A stretch of DNA of 64,000 nucleotides from Octopus vulgaris (taxonomy: Eukaryota), in contig OX597832.1 in assembly GCA_951406725.2 (NCBI GenBank), positions 37,882,001-37,946,000 of the forward strand, written 5' to 3'. The translations under genes and the position numbers were made by a program. Below the pieces are notes generated by a model that searched no databases, had not been told where the DNA came from, and was given only the letters and a program-made list of their open reading frames with translations. Numbering within the stretch: position 1 is the first letter of the stretch; each line of letters opens with the position of its first letter. Of this stretch, positions 40,680 through 55,034 are shown in pieces.

Positions 40680-41160
40680 CCGTAAATCCTCGAGTATAGT
40701 CCGCCCTTGAGTATAATACGCAGGGGATTTTTAGAGGGCTATACCTCTGAAAAACCTAAACCTTGTATATAATACGCAACCCTACTCTAACTTGAGTCAA
40801 GGAGGTCTATATAACGTCCTTGGTTTGTAAAAATGTATACGGTAACGTCGTTTATTATTATTGTATACATAACATAATGCAAACATGTAGCATTTTTGTG
40901 CATTTTGTTTTCAGAAAATAAAGAAATAGCAGCAATAACGTTTAATAAATGTTGCTTACTGCAAGTTATGGGATGATTCTTTTATGACTTCATTGCTTTC
41001 AGGCTTAGCTTAAGGTATTTCGCGCCCGACATCACAAAATGCGTCTGAATAAACATTGCCGGACAGCAAATAGAGACTTGGACATTGCTTAGAAAATAAT
41101 TTTCATTTTTAACCTCGTATATAACACGTACTAGGGATTTTGACCATTAAATTTTTGAAC
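40680..41160. mobile_element. Tc2/pogo-like non-autonomous DNA element, one terminus truncated
   Basis: Starts TA|ccgtaaatcctcgagtata; internal subterminal repeats gagtataatacgca, gtatataatacgca, gtatataacacgta; matching right TIR not visible. Confidence 0.6.
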
Positions 41161-42363
41161 ATTTGCAATATGTCGATCACAATATATATTGATTGCCACA
41201 GTATATCGACTATGTAATTCCTATAGTGTATTCATATTATGATGTCTATAATACATTGATTGTAATAACTTCTGTGTTATGGTTATAACCCATGAAATAT
41301 ATATTGTAACAATAACAATAAATTTATTATACACTCGTTCATCGATTAAAAAACCTAACACTGTAATGATTGGGAAGAAATATAACAGAGTGATCATAAA
41401 TCTGGTTGTTTCTAGATAAGTAATCGATAAACCAATTAGGATAATTCTGTGTCCTTTAATCCAGTGTCTCGATATTCCAACAATCCATTATCAACTTCAA
41501 GCAGTTGATTAACACGTGATAATCCACTGGTTGTTATTTACATCCGAGCCAATTTTTATTAGTATCAACAACCCTGTTACCATGACAATATGTTCTACAG
41601 TGTTTGTAACTTCATTGACTAGAGAGCGTAAAGAGCGGATTGTAATTAGAAAAAAAAAAGATTGCCAGAAACTATTGGAAGCCCGGATGTTAAATTAGTC
41701 AACGTAAACTAAAGAATAAGTGCAATGCCTACTGGGGAGCAGGTGCGAATATATAAGAAGTAGAGGGAGAAGAAGAAGAAGAAAAGGAGGAGGATGGAGA
41801 GATGGAGAGAGGGGGAGGGCTGTTAGGTGTGTTCTTGGAGATGCGATAAAAGTTGCTTTTCAATAGAATTGCTGGAGACATCTTTTTGTCAGAAAATATG
41901 ACGAAAATGAGATATAACAACAACAACAACAACGATATTAATAACGATATCATTAACAACCAATAAACGAGAGTACGAAGAAAAATGAGACTTTTTAAAC
42001 AAATAAATATATAAACTAATGAACAGTAAAAATAGTTCTCCAATATTATTATTATTATTATCCTTATCCTTATCATTATTATTATTATTATCATTATTTT
42101 TATTATTACTTTTTTTTTTGCTAGCAAAATATCGACGAGACAGAAATTTGAAGCTATTATCAGATTTTTCTGAAGTGAAAAATCTAAAAGTGAAAAATAA
42201 ATTAAGTAAAATATAAATAAAATAAACCAAAAAAAGAGAAAATTAAACACAAAAATTATGAAGAGATAATCTTTTAAAAAATAGATAAAACTAAATAGAT
42301 CATTTCAGAAAAAAAATATTTAAAAAAAGAAAAATTGCAACAACAAAATTGCTGAAATATGAC

Positions 42364-42404
<41 letters not shown>

Positions 42405-42809
42405 GTTTCCATTACTATACAAATATGTGCATGTATGTACACGCATGCGCGCACACATACAGATATAGATAGATGTATAAATTGCTTGAGTCAAAGATGG
42501 ATAGATAGTTACATATGTGTGTAGACCTATATAAAAATATGCTATCAACAATTTTTTTTATATAATTGTATATAATTAATATAAAATATATAGGCATAAA
42601 ATTTTGTGAGTTTGTGTGTATGTGTGTATATATATATATATATATCTTACATACATACATCTGTATGTATTAGCGTACGTGACAAACAATACTTATTAAA
42701 AACATTTGAGTGTAACTAAATCAATAATTGAACTATTAGCCAATACGTGGAGTTTCGATGCAAGTCTGCCCATCGTTACAGAGTTCTCGTCACTAAAAAG
42801 AAATATGTG

Positions 42810-42854
<45 letters not shown>

Positions 42855-42868
42855 GTATATATATATAT

Positions 42869-42900
<32 letters not shown>

Positions 42901-43394
42901 GTACATATACATATATATACACATATGTATATATATATATACATATATATATGTCTTTCTCTCTCTCTCTCACACACACACGTGTGCATATATATGTGTT
43001 TTAGTGCCTGCAGTGTGGTGGACAACCACAATATAGTAATAAATTGAGTTTAATATAATATGAAGGGAAATAGGTGGGACAGTGTGTACGGCGTTTAGTC
43101 CCATCCGGTATAACTCAGGGAATGTTTCAATCTTATAAGACCTCATCAGGGAAACGCAGTTCAGCCGTTATTATAGATCTTAAACGGTTATAGAAGTACA
43201 TAGGATTTTTTTGTGTGATTAAGAATACAGTCATTATAAAATGCAATATTGACATTGATAATATATCCATGGACACTAACTACATCAAATTTCAGAGTAA
43301 GTCAAAAGCATACTTAGATAAATATACTTTGGTTTGTGGATAACTATGCGTGATTCGAAAAAATACATATGTCTAATTGGATACATATCTATAC

Positions 43395-43433
<39 letters not shown>

Positions 43434-43885
43434 CAAACACATACATGTATTTACATACGTGTACATTAAGACTGAAGAGTGCATTAATTTATAGCGTAAT
43501 ATGTATGCGCATCTTAATGAATAAAGTCTTAAAGAACCTTCATTTGATTTCTTATGTAAATATATTTTCCCCAGACAATATGCAAATTATCAAGATGCAA
43601 ATTAAAATACTAGTGCAGTAACAGACACACACAAAAACGTACCCATTCCTTCTATATGTGACTGTGGCTCAGGAAGGGTCTTTGATCCTTTTGATGTGTG
43701 TGCATAGATATACACCTGTATATATACACGCACACACATATGAACATCAGACGGGTTTACAGAGGTCCCTTTCAGCTAAGGAAAAATACATAGTAAAAAA
43801 AAAAAAAAAAACGCGAAACAATACCTTGTGGTGTCACGCAGTTGGACTAGAGAAGATCTCATGACCACACTGAGGTAACAGCGGC

Positions 43886-43887
43886 TA

Positions 43888-43932
<45 letters not shown>

Positions 43933-45215
43933 GTTTATTTATATATATATATGTGTATGAATACATATATGATATATATATATATATATGTGTGTATCAA
44001 TATATATATATATATATACATGTAGATATATACATATATATGCACACATATAAACATACAAACACACATATATATACATATACACAGACATATATATATA
44101 CACACACAAACACATACAAATATATATGCATATATATACACATATATATTCATATATATGTATATGCACATATACATATACATATATATATGCATATATA
44201 TGTATATTTACATATAAATATGGATAAATATGTATATACATATGCATATATATGTATATGTACATATACATATATGTGCATATATATGTATATGTACATA
44301 TACATATATGTATGCATATATATATACATATACATATATATGTACATATATATATACACACATATATATATATACATATATAAGTATATATACATATACG
44401 TATGAATATATATATACATATACGTATATATACATATATGTACATATATATACATATACGTATATATACATATATGTACATATACATAGATGTATATATA
44501 TATATATACATATATATACAGATACGTATATGTATGTATATACACATATATGAATACATATATATATACATACATATATGTATCTGTATATATATATATA
44601 TGTATGCATATATATATATATATATATATAAATACACATATATATTTATATACATACACATACATATATATATAAATACACATACATATATATGTATATA
44701 AATACACATATATATTTATATACATACACACATACATATATATATATATAAATACACATATATATTTATATACATACACACATACATATATATATATATA
44801 AATACACATACATATATATATATATAAATACACATATATATTTATATACATACACACATACATATATATATATATAAATACACATATATATTTATATACA
44901 TACACACATACATATATATATATATATAAATACACATATATATTTATATACATACACACATACATATATATATATATATAAATACACATATATATTTATA
45001 TACATACACACATACATATATATATATATATATACATACATATACGTATGTACATAAGTATATGCGCATATGTATATGTACATACATATCTATAAATACA
45101 TGTGTATATATACATATATATACACACATATACACGCACATATATATATACACATACACATATATATATGTACATACATATTTATATATATATATACACA
45201 CATACATATATACAC
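43886..45215. repeat. Large compound TA/CA microsatellite field with a ~45-50-bp higher-order unit
   Basis: Unit aaatacacatatatatttatatacatacacacatacata(ta)n repeats about 7 times in 44625-45030. Confidence 0.9.
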
Positions 45216-45395
45216 AGTTTGATATAAGAGAACATGCATCTTTAAGTAGGGATAAATATTATATCTCGGTATCAATACTGCCTCTATTGCTAACACACAA
45301 ACACTCTCTCTCTCTTTTCTCACACACATACACACACACTCACACACAAACACATACATGGTTAGAAAAACTCAAAAACTATCTCATGGTCACTC

Positions 45396-45618
<223 letters not shown>

Positions 45619-45700
45619 CGTATATATGCGTGCGTGTATATACATATGTAAGTGTATATATCTATATATATAATATACGTGTGTATATACATATATATGC

Positions 45701-45740
<40 letters not shown>

Positions 45741-45781
45741 CATATACGTGTGTGTATATATATATACATATATATACGTGT

Positions 45782-45867
<86 letters not shown>

Positions 45868-46036
45868 CGTATATATGCGTGCGTGTATATACATATATGT
45901 AAGTGTATATATCTATATATATATATATACGTGTGTATATACATATATATGCGTGTGTATATATATATATATATATATATACATACATACATATACGTGT
46001 GTGTATATATATATACATATATATACGTGTTGTGTG

Positions 46037-46068
<32 letters not shown>

Positions 46069-46199
46069 CATTTCACGGTTCACTGAAAGGATGACACGCT
46101 AACAGGGATAAGTTGACGTCAGGCGGCCAGGTATGTGTACATATGTGTAAATAATTACCTATGTGTACGTGCACGCTTGTTTATCCATCCACCCTATCT

Positions 46200-46258
<59 letters not shown>

Positions 46259-46573
46259 TTAATATATGAAGATATACAGACATATATATATATATATATA
46301 TCGTCTTCGATACCAATACATAGAAATATAAAACCACAAACGAAAGTAAATGGTAAAGCAGAATCAAATTAACTTTAATGCTGACAGTGTTTCTGAAGTC
46401 TCCATCTGCCAGTTCTTCTCCGGTTGTCCGATGAAAGATACGACGCTGTAACTTCAAAGTCACAATTAGCCACTTCTTTTAAAGTAAAATAACAATGGAA
46501 TCTACTTATTAAGTGTTGGATAAGTTTTTCTGTTTAAAGTCAATTTGTTTCTATCAAAACTCGATATGAAGTA

Positions 46574-46772
46574 CAGCTGGTAGAAAGGTTAGCACCCCGG
46601 GTAAAATGCATATTGGCATTTCGTCCTTGTTCACGTTCTGAGTTCAAATTACGCCGAGGACGACTTTGCTTTTTTACTCCTTTCGAACTCGATACCAATT
46701 GAATACTAGAGTCGATGTAATCGTCCCCCCCCCTCTCGAAATCGCTGGATTTGTACCAAAATTGGTGACCAA
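46574..46772 (+). mobile_element. SINE family B
   Basis: gctggtagaaaggttagcaccccggg...gttctgagttcaaatt.cgccgagg.cgactttgc. Confidence 0.8.
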
Positions 46773-46986
46773 TATATATATAGACACAGTATAAATATAT
46801 GTGTGTGTTGTGTAGGTATAGACATACACACTGTTATATCAAATATTAGATAATGCTAGGGAATATTAACTGAACATTAATCAACTCTTAAATAATACTA
46901 CTAGTAATATGTACGCATACATATACACAAATATGCACATTTAAATATCTATCTATCTATACATACACACACACATACACGTGTAT

Positions 46987-47035
<49 letters not shown>

Positions 47036-47334
47036 TATATTCATATGTACATATGTAGCTCTGTAAATGTGTCCATGGTCATGTGGTTAAGAAGTTGATA
47101 TATGTATATGCATAGAGGGTGTACAGCTCCTCCTGGAGGCATTAATACGACTAAGGTTTGGGTGAAGCGTTAACGCAGTTCCTGTCGCACGTACGCTCGC
47201 TCACACACACAGTTCATTATTTGATGTGACTTGCAATTAATTGGCAGTTTCCCTCTCACTCAGCCCTTTCTCAATCTCCGTCTCTTCCTCTCCTTTTGTA
47301 GCTATACGTATGTACCATCATCATTATTTCTTCT

Positions 47335-47545
47335 CAATGTCCACGTTTGCATGCATGGGTCGGATGGAATTCGCTGCGCCAGATATTCAACATCCGGATT
47401 CACTGCCTGTCGCCATCTCCCACTCGATTCCATGCCAGGTAATATTTCCCCACTGCCGGACATGCCTTCACGGAAGATTGGCACGAGCTGTTGTGTAGCC
47501 ATGACCCCAGTCCATGTTGTTGGCACGCTAAGTCCTTAGCAACGA
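47335..47545 (-). mobile_element. RTE-associated SINE fragment (diverged)
   Basis: gtccacgtttgcatgcatgggtcgga...ggattcactgcctgtcgcca...aggtaatatttcccca; related to 13146 and 26017 fragments. Confidence 0.5.
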
Positions 47546-47600
47546 CGTGATGATACCTGCCTATCTGTCTGTCTGTCTCACTCACCCACTCACTCTCTCT

Positions 47601-47632
<32 letters not shown>

Positions 47633-48233
47633 AAATGAAGACGAACTCGATGTTCTATGTGATATTTGTTGCAGGGCATCCCGTAACATGAAATCAATGG
47701 TCGCCTTAATCTATAAATAAAGAATTTTTATCCAGCGATGCACTCATTTTCATTGTTCGATATTAATGTGTGTGTGTACATACTCACACATACCCACCCA
47801 CACACCCACACACACATGCATGCTTATTCGCCAGCACACACATAACTTAGAAACTTTTATACTTATAACATCGTTGAGTATATATCTGTATATATGTGCT
47901 TTAAAACAGAAGAACTTAAGGCACTTGACTGAAACATATATGTGAGAGAATACACATGCATGTGTGTCAGAGTATCTTTCTATGTCAAGATGTACTTCAG
48001 AACCTTTAATTAGTTTCATAAGTACATTATCGAGTTGATTGAATGTACTCTTCTAATACACACATACACATTTTCACAGACAAACATGCGAAAACACACA
48101 CAAACGTGTATATATATAGAACACATACATACACAAACACGTGTTTGTGACTTTGCAACAGAGATCACCATCTTTCCACATGTTCGGTCCACTGCCAGTC
48201 GAATGTCACAGCATGTTCTTTCCACCAACCACG

Positions 48234-48271
<38 letters not shown>

Positions 48272-48422
48272 AAGTTCGATGATGACATAGCTGGCTGAAA
48301 CTTCGAAGTCAATGTCAATAACATTCTGTTTTAAAATGAATAACTTTCCACTCAACAAAAGTATAGAGTAACCGATCAGAGTAATGTAAAATTGTTTTAT
48401 TATAACTGAACATAAAAATGAA

Positions 48423-48795
48423 CGCATGGGAGTAGATGTGTGGTAAGTAGCTTGCTTATCAACCACATGGTTCCGGGTTCAGTCCAACTGCGTGGCAGCT
48501 TGGGCAAGTGTCTTCTACTAGAGAGTGAGTGGATTTGGTAGACGGAAACTGAAAGAAGCCTGTTGTACACACACACACACACACACATATGTATGTATGT
48601 ATATGTTTGTGTGTCTCAGTTTGACAACACATGTTGGTGTGTTTACGTCACCGTAGCATTAGCGGTTTGGCAAAACAGACCGATAGAATAAGTGCTAGGC
48701 TTACAAATAATAAGTCCTAAGATGGATTTGCTCGACTAAAGGCGGTACCCCAGCATGGCCTTAGTCAAATGACTGAAACAAATAAAAGAACAAAA
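48423..48795 (+). mobile_element. SINE family A, near-full with internal deletion
   Basis: gtgtggtaagtagcttgctt...ggttccgggttcagtcc...gactaaaggcggt...gactgaaacaaataaaaga. Confidence 0.9.
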
Positions 48796-49391
48796 GTATA
48801 TATATATATACACATATATCTTTGCGTGACAGTAAATACACATTATTATTAATGGGAAATATGTGTCTAATTATAATTATATGTGATTTCAAGTATATAT
48901 ATATTTATGTTTGTAAAGTCAAAATGGCGACTGTATCAACCGAAGCTCTCTTACGTTCCACGTAAGCGAACATATTAAATACGTATCCATTTACACTTAG
49001 AAAAAAAAAGGAAAAAGCCGTGCAAATTATCAATTATTAATTAAGAAACCCGCGTGAAATGCCCAAAATTTCACGCCTCGGCATCACATGACCACGTTAA
49101 CGTGAGGAATGACGAGCTGGCACATCACCACTAGCGTCTAGCAGACAAACAAATGCGTAAATCGAGCGCTGATATTGAATTTGATATAAGGATTGCAAAA
49201 GGCAATAAAGGCTTTGACAATGGACGCTGTTAACTATATATATATATATATGTTCTATATGAGATGACAGCTTTTGGCTCGCAAAGACAATCTGTTTTTA
49301 CTTTCTTGACTTCTCAGTCACATTGCCTGGCAAATACTTAAGGATCACGACACAGCATTTGCTACAAAATAATAATGATAATAATAATAAT

Positions 49392-49515
49392 ATCCTACGC
49401 AAAACACTTTCAATACAGTAACCATCAGAGCACCACAACAAATCACAACACATACCCAAGGCACACAGAGCCGCGCTCGGTAGTGAAGTGAAAGCACGCT
49501 ATAAAAATAAAACTA

Positions 49516-49519
<4 letters not shown>
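49392..49519 (+). mobile_element. 5'-truncated R4/Dong-like LINE 3' end embedded in (AAT)n
   Basis: atcctacgcaaaacactttcaatacagtaa = ILRKTLSIQ*, like the ILR..L C-terminus of RLE-type LINEs; short 3' UTR; (AAT)n on both sides. Confidence 0.6.
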
Positions 49520-49567
<48 letters not shown>

Positions 49568-49984
49568 GCAACAACAACAACAACAACTTAAGGAATATCT
49601 CCCCATCTTTCATGTCTTTAATGTCTATTCTTATTTAATCCTTTTTTTAAGTAAAGGATTGTAATTGAGTGACGAAAATGGGTGACGACAGGAAATGTTT
49701 GAGAAAATCCTCGACTTTGTTGAAGATTAAGTATCCCTGGAAACCTGAGAGTGATGTCTCTTCTGACATCTTTGATCACGAGTGGATCATCACCACCACT
49801 ACCAACGTAAGCAAACCAACACTGATTGTGAAGCGGTGATCGGGTTGGGTTGGAGATGGGGAAACCACAAAACTTAAATCAGTGCTTAGAATATACAAAA
49901 ATGCGGGATGACAATATCTTCAATATCTTTGATTATAGGCGTTGACTGGAACAAAAGGGACCTGGGGCTAGGAATCCATCTATT

Positions 49985-50100
49985 GGCTTCAGATTTTTGG
50001 CACAGGGCCAGTAATTTCGAGGAAGGGGCTAAATCAGTTAAATCTATCCCTGTGCTCAACAGGTACCGATCCCGAAAGAATGAAAAGTCGACCTCGAAAG
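49985..50100 (-). mobile_element. SINE family B fragment
   Basis: tttggcacagggccagtaatttc...cccgaaagaatgaaaagtcgacctcg. Confidence 0.6.
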
Positions 50101-51099
50101 AAATATACTGATAAACGTTAGATACAGGTAGACACATTCACAATTAGTCACAAATACAACACACACACACACCATTCGTTTCAGTTATTCGACTTCAAAG
50201 CTTTGGACATAGATCGACCGTAGTACCTACTTTGTTTTTTAAAAACTGGTACTTCATCTATCGCCCACCTATACAGAAACTCTAAGTTAAAGAGGCGTAA
50301 ATAAACTAACACCGGTTGTCACACACACATACACGCACACAAGACGGGATTTCTTCATACAGTTTTCATCTACCAAATTCACTCGGGCCAAGGCTTACAC
50401 CTTGTTATTGAACTTGGAATCATGTGGTTGCACAGCGACCTTCTTCAGCACACTACCAAGCCTGAGCTTATATATATATATATGCGCGTGCGTGTGTGTA
50501 TACATTCATACACACATATACACATACATATAAGCGCAGGCATATACGTATAAGCTGTGTGTGTATTTGCGTTTGCAGATAGATTGATAGATAACTTAAT
50601 ACATAATTGAATAAAATATTTAAGTCTTCTTTTAATCAATTGGCTCATTAAGGAAATAAACAATAAACATCGTGCAAGTTGCCACATTCTTGTTAATTGA
50701 TAGATTAATTCAATTAGAATACTACTTATTGCCACAAACTCTGCCACGTTGCCAAGGTAACTGATTTCGGAAACAACTACAACAACATCTGTCATCTAGT
50801 TGTGCTTATCTTTTACGCACGAGATTTTAGTATTGGAAAAGAAAAAGAAAGAAAAAGAACGAAAAAGTTCTCGCCAAACACGCAAAGCATGGCAGATACA
50901 AACAAAGAGAAGCAATGGGATGTGGTGGCAGTAATGGCATTACGCATCACGCATGCGCTCAAAATAAGACCTTCGCAAATACGACAGAAGCGGGTATTTT
51001 TCCTGGAAAGATTAGCAAAGTGCTCTAGAGCCATTTCATATGTGTAAGTGCTCTATTGAGTGAGTGTATAATTATCATATATATATATATATATATATT

Positions 51100-51642
51100 C
51101 ACTTATTTGTTTCAGTCATTTGACTGGGGCCATGCTGGAGCATTGCCTTTTGTCGAAGAAATCGATACCAGGACTTATTCTTTGTAAGCCCAGTACTTAT
51201 TCTATCGGTCTCTTTTGCCGAACCGCTAGGTTACGGAGACGTAAACACACCAACATCGGTTGTCAAGCGACGGTGTGTGTGTGTGTGTGTTTGAGAGGAT
51301 AAACACAGACACACAAACACACACACATATATATTCGACGGGCTTCTTTCCGTTTCTGTCTACCAAATCCACTCACAGGGCTTTCGACCCGAGGCTTACA
51401 GTAGAAGACACTTGCCCAAGGTGCCACGAAGCTACTTACCACACATCCACTCCTGTGCCTATTTCTGAAATACACACACACACACTATATATATATATAT
51501 ATATATATATATGACGGGATTCTTTCAGTTTCCGTCTACCAAATCTACTTACAAGGCTTTTGGCCGGCCTGGGGCTATAGCAGAAGACACTCGCCGAACC
51601 ATGTGGTTGGGAAGCAAGCTTCTTTCCATACAGCCACACCTG
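51100..51642 (-). mobile_element. SINE family A: one near-full copy plus a second 5' half
   Basis: tgtttcagtcatttgactg...ggacttattctttgtaagcc...gtagaagacacttgcccaaggtgccac; second head at 51512-51642. Confidence 0.85.
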
Positions 51643-51646
51643 TATG

Positions 51647-51706
<60 letters not shown>

Positions 51707-51819
51707 TACACATACACACAGTCGCTGTATAATATATAAATACGGGGGAGAGAAAGGCGGAAGTGAGAGTGAGAGGGGGAAAAAAGGGAAACATTGATAC
51801 GATACTGAGAAATAGTGTA

Positions 51820-51852
<33 letters not shown>

Positions 51853-53234
51853 CAGCACGGAGAATAATTCCGTTATTTTTTGATAATTGTTTCAGATAAT
51901 TCTATTTTTAAAAAGTAGTAAATTCTTTTTTTCTTTTTGAAAATAATCATCAGTTTTATTGTAAGAAGCCCTGAGAATAAATGTAGAAGTAGTTAGTTAG
52001 TAGTAGTCATTAAAATAAATTATAAATCGAAAAACGGAGAAATATGATGATTAATGATTAAGAAGCCGTGTCAATGGTGAAAAGGAGTCGATCACCCTTC
52101 CCCCTCGACAATCCCAAACCCCGTCCCCCCAAATGCTATGAATACCTAATTGTGTGTCGAGGTATGTGTCCGTCTGCCCATCCTTCTAAATATATATACA
52201 CTTCTTTATTCATTGAGAATAAACAATTTGCTTAGTAGCAACGACCCATAGCAGCCAAAACAACTGGGGAGGGGGCGCGGAGGGGGATGGAAGGCACACA
52301 AAGTTTTTTTGTCAGGCTTCACTGACCACTGAGTGACCATCGGGACATTTAGTAAATGAAGGAGCCGAACTGTGTTTTTTTCTGTTTGTTTGTGATAGTT
52401 GTTGGAGACGGGGAAGGAAAGCATAAATGACGTAGCAGTTATTAGCATTAGTCCGTCCGTCGTCGTCGACGATGACCAAGGGCGTTATATAGAGGAGAAA
52501 ACGGGACACAGTGTGGTCTGTCTGGGCTGTGGCTAATCAGTTTGATGTACGAGTATGAAAAGTAACCATACACACATACAAAGTCATGATTGTCTTTCAG
52601 GGATCGATAAAATAAGTATCACTCAAGTACTAAGACCAATAGTAGTGACAAACCCCTGACCTCCCAAATTGCTGGCCTTGTGTGTGTGTGTGTGTGTGTA
52701 TACACAGTACATACATACCTACTTGCATACAAGGATGAATAAACGAAGAGTTGTTAAGGGCTGGGTATGATGGGGAAGGAGACGAAGAACAAATGAATAA
52801 GAGGGAGAAAGCAAAATGAAAAAGCAAAGGATGGGCCAATCTCATGAGTGTTAAGTGTGACCTTTTGACATTTCAGCCTGGCCAACATTGTGCTGCTAAA
52901 GAATAGCACTGTAGCATATAGAAGAACTACTGTCAAAACACCCGGATCAACAACATCTACTCACCCGTAGAAATTACTACCCCGTTTGTTTTGTATATAT
53001 ATATATTTTTTTTGTTATCTATTTTGAGGTTACTATTTTGTCTTTGAGTTTTAGATTTTGTTTTTAAATATTGAAAGGTACAGTACTCCACGTGGGGACG
53101 GTTAATGATGGATTTGGTGACACGCGAGGGCAACGTTGAATTTGTTCTGTGGCTAATATTTTAGGGGTAAGTTGAACCATGTTGAATTTTATTCACATGA
53201 AAAAGAATTATTTACCCTTTATAAATTACTTCTC

Positions 53235-53950
53235 TTAGTCATTAGACTACAGCCATGCTGGAACACCACCTTGAAGAATTTTAGTTAAACTTATCGACCC
53301 TAGTGCCTAGCCTGGTACTTATTCTATCGATTTCTTTTGACGAACCGGTAAGTTATGGGAACATAAACATACCATCACCAGTTGCCAAGCATTGGTGAGG
53401 AACATACACACACACACGTCAACCAAAATCCATTCACAAAGCTTCAGTCTTGCCCATGGTGTCAGGCAGTGGGACTGAACCCGGAACCCTACATATAAAT
53501 TTTTATTAATTATATTTTACATTTCAATGAATTCCTAAATCTGAGTGCATTTTTCAATATGTAACACACAATCATGGCTGTTGTAATTAAGATGTCCGAT
53601 TCATAACCACGCGGTTTCGGATTCAACTCAACGCAGGGGTCCTCGGACAAGTGTCTTCTACTATCCCCCCACAGCTCACCAATGTCTTGTGAGCGAATTT
53701 GGTAAAAGGAAATGGTGCGCAAAATCGTCGTATATGTACGTGGACATTCGTGTTTCGTATCTCATTGCTTGACAACCGGTATCAGTTTGTTTATTTCCTT
53801 ATAACTTAACAGTTTCGTAAAAGGAAATCGATAGAACGAATACCAGACTTTATACAACTAATAATGTGGTTGATTTCCTCAACTGGACTCTTCAGGGCAG
53901 AGTTGTAACTCGTTCGCAATCCAATGACAGAAACAAATAAAATAATAAAA
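53235..53950. mobile_element. Two diverged SINE family A copies head-to-head (- 53235-53490, + 53575-53950)
   Basis: gccatgctggaacacc...gcagtgggactgaacccgg, then ggacaagtgtcttctactat...gcttgacaaccgg...aatgacagaaacaaataaaat. Confidence 0.7.
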
Positions 53951-54142
53951 TAATGCAGTTTGCCCCGTCAGATCTAAAGTTTAAGGTTCTTTTTTTTAAA
54001 AATCCTGTATTCCAAAGGTGTACATGAGAGCCCAGTAACCTTTATATGAGACTGAAATATTTCAAATGTAGAAGCAAACGACACCAATAAGATGCATCGA
54101 AAAGAAGAACAATTCGTACAATTCACATCCCAAGATAATCGA

Positions 54143-54545
54143 TATTTTGTTAATCTTGGATAACACTATAGAAACAGTTAAATATATTAGTTAGCTTAGG
54201 ATAGTCTACAACAGTTGGTTATAGCATATCGTTAATTAAACTAGGGTGATATTATGTAACAAACATGTTATTAGGTATCTCAAGATAGAAATTATAGAAC
54301 AGTCAGAACTGTTAGTTAACCTGGGACAACAATATAGAGCAGATAAACGCGTCATTGGTTTACAGTAACATAGTAAAATAAATTTTACTGTTATTAGTTA
54401 ATCCGCGATAAAACGATAGAGGATATTACTTACACTTGGAGAATAAGTGTACATTTAGACGAGTCATTAGTTAACCCAGGATTAAAATTATGGAGCATTT
54501 TACACGGCATTAGTTAACCTAGGGTAACACTGTAGAGCATATTAT
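54143..54545. repeat. Degenerate ~42-bp minisatellite, about 9 units
   Basis: Recurrent ttagttaacc.gggtaaca.tatagagca core at ~54143, 54185, 54231, 54268, 54311, 54353, 54392, 54465, 54508. Confidence 0.75.
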
Positions 54546-54602
54546 AGACGATATAAAATAGACATTAAATGACTATCTAGCAATTGCTTCTAATTCTTTA
54601 AG

Positions 54603-54998
54603 CTCTTTTACTTGTTTCAGTCATTTGACTGTGGCCATGCTGGAGCACCGCCTTTAGTCGAGCAAATCGACCCCCAGGACTTATTCTTTGTAAGCCTATT
54701 ACTTATTCTATCGGTCTCTTTTGCCGAACTGCTAATGTTACGGGAACGTAAACACACAAGCATCGGTTGTTAAGCGATGTTGGGGGGACAAACACAGACA
54801 CACAAACATATTCGCACACATACGTATATATACACATATATATACGACGGGCTTCTTTCAGGTTCCGTCTACCAAATCCACTCACAAGGCTTTGGTCGGC
54901 CTGAGGCTATAGTAGAAGACACTTGCCCAAGGTGCCACGCAGTGGGACTGAACCCAGAACCATGCAGTTCTTAAGCAAGCTACTTACCACACAGCCAC
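54603..54998 (-). mobile_element. SINE family A, full-length, young
   Basis: Near-identical to 58216-58720 over both halves. Confidence 0.92.
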
Positions 54999-55034
54999 AC
55001 ATATCTTTTACAGTTTCTTTCCGTTATCGACCTA

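Noticed and set aside
46070-46136. Unique island with CRE and cag|gtatgt donor as a coding exon
   Set aside because: No good acceptor; stop codon in the tested frame; probably a repeat fragment
52962-52972. cacccgtagaa resembles the miR-99/100 5' end
   Set aside because: Downstream sequence does not match and there is no complementary arm
54143-54545. CRISPR array interpretation
   Set aside because: Repeats are highly degenerate, linkers short and related, no cas genes, eukaryotic context
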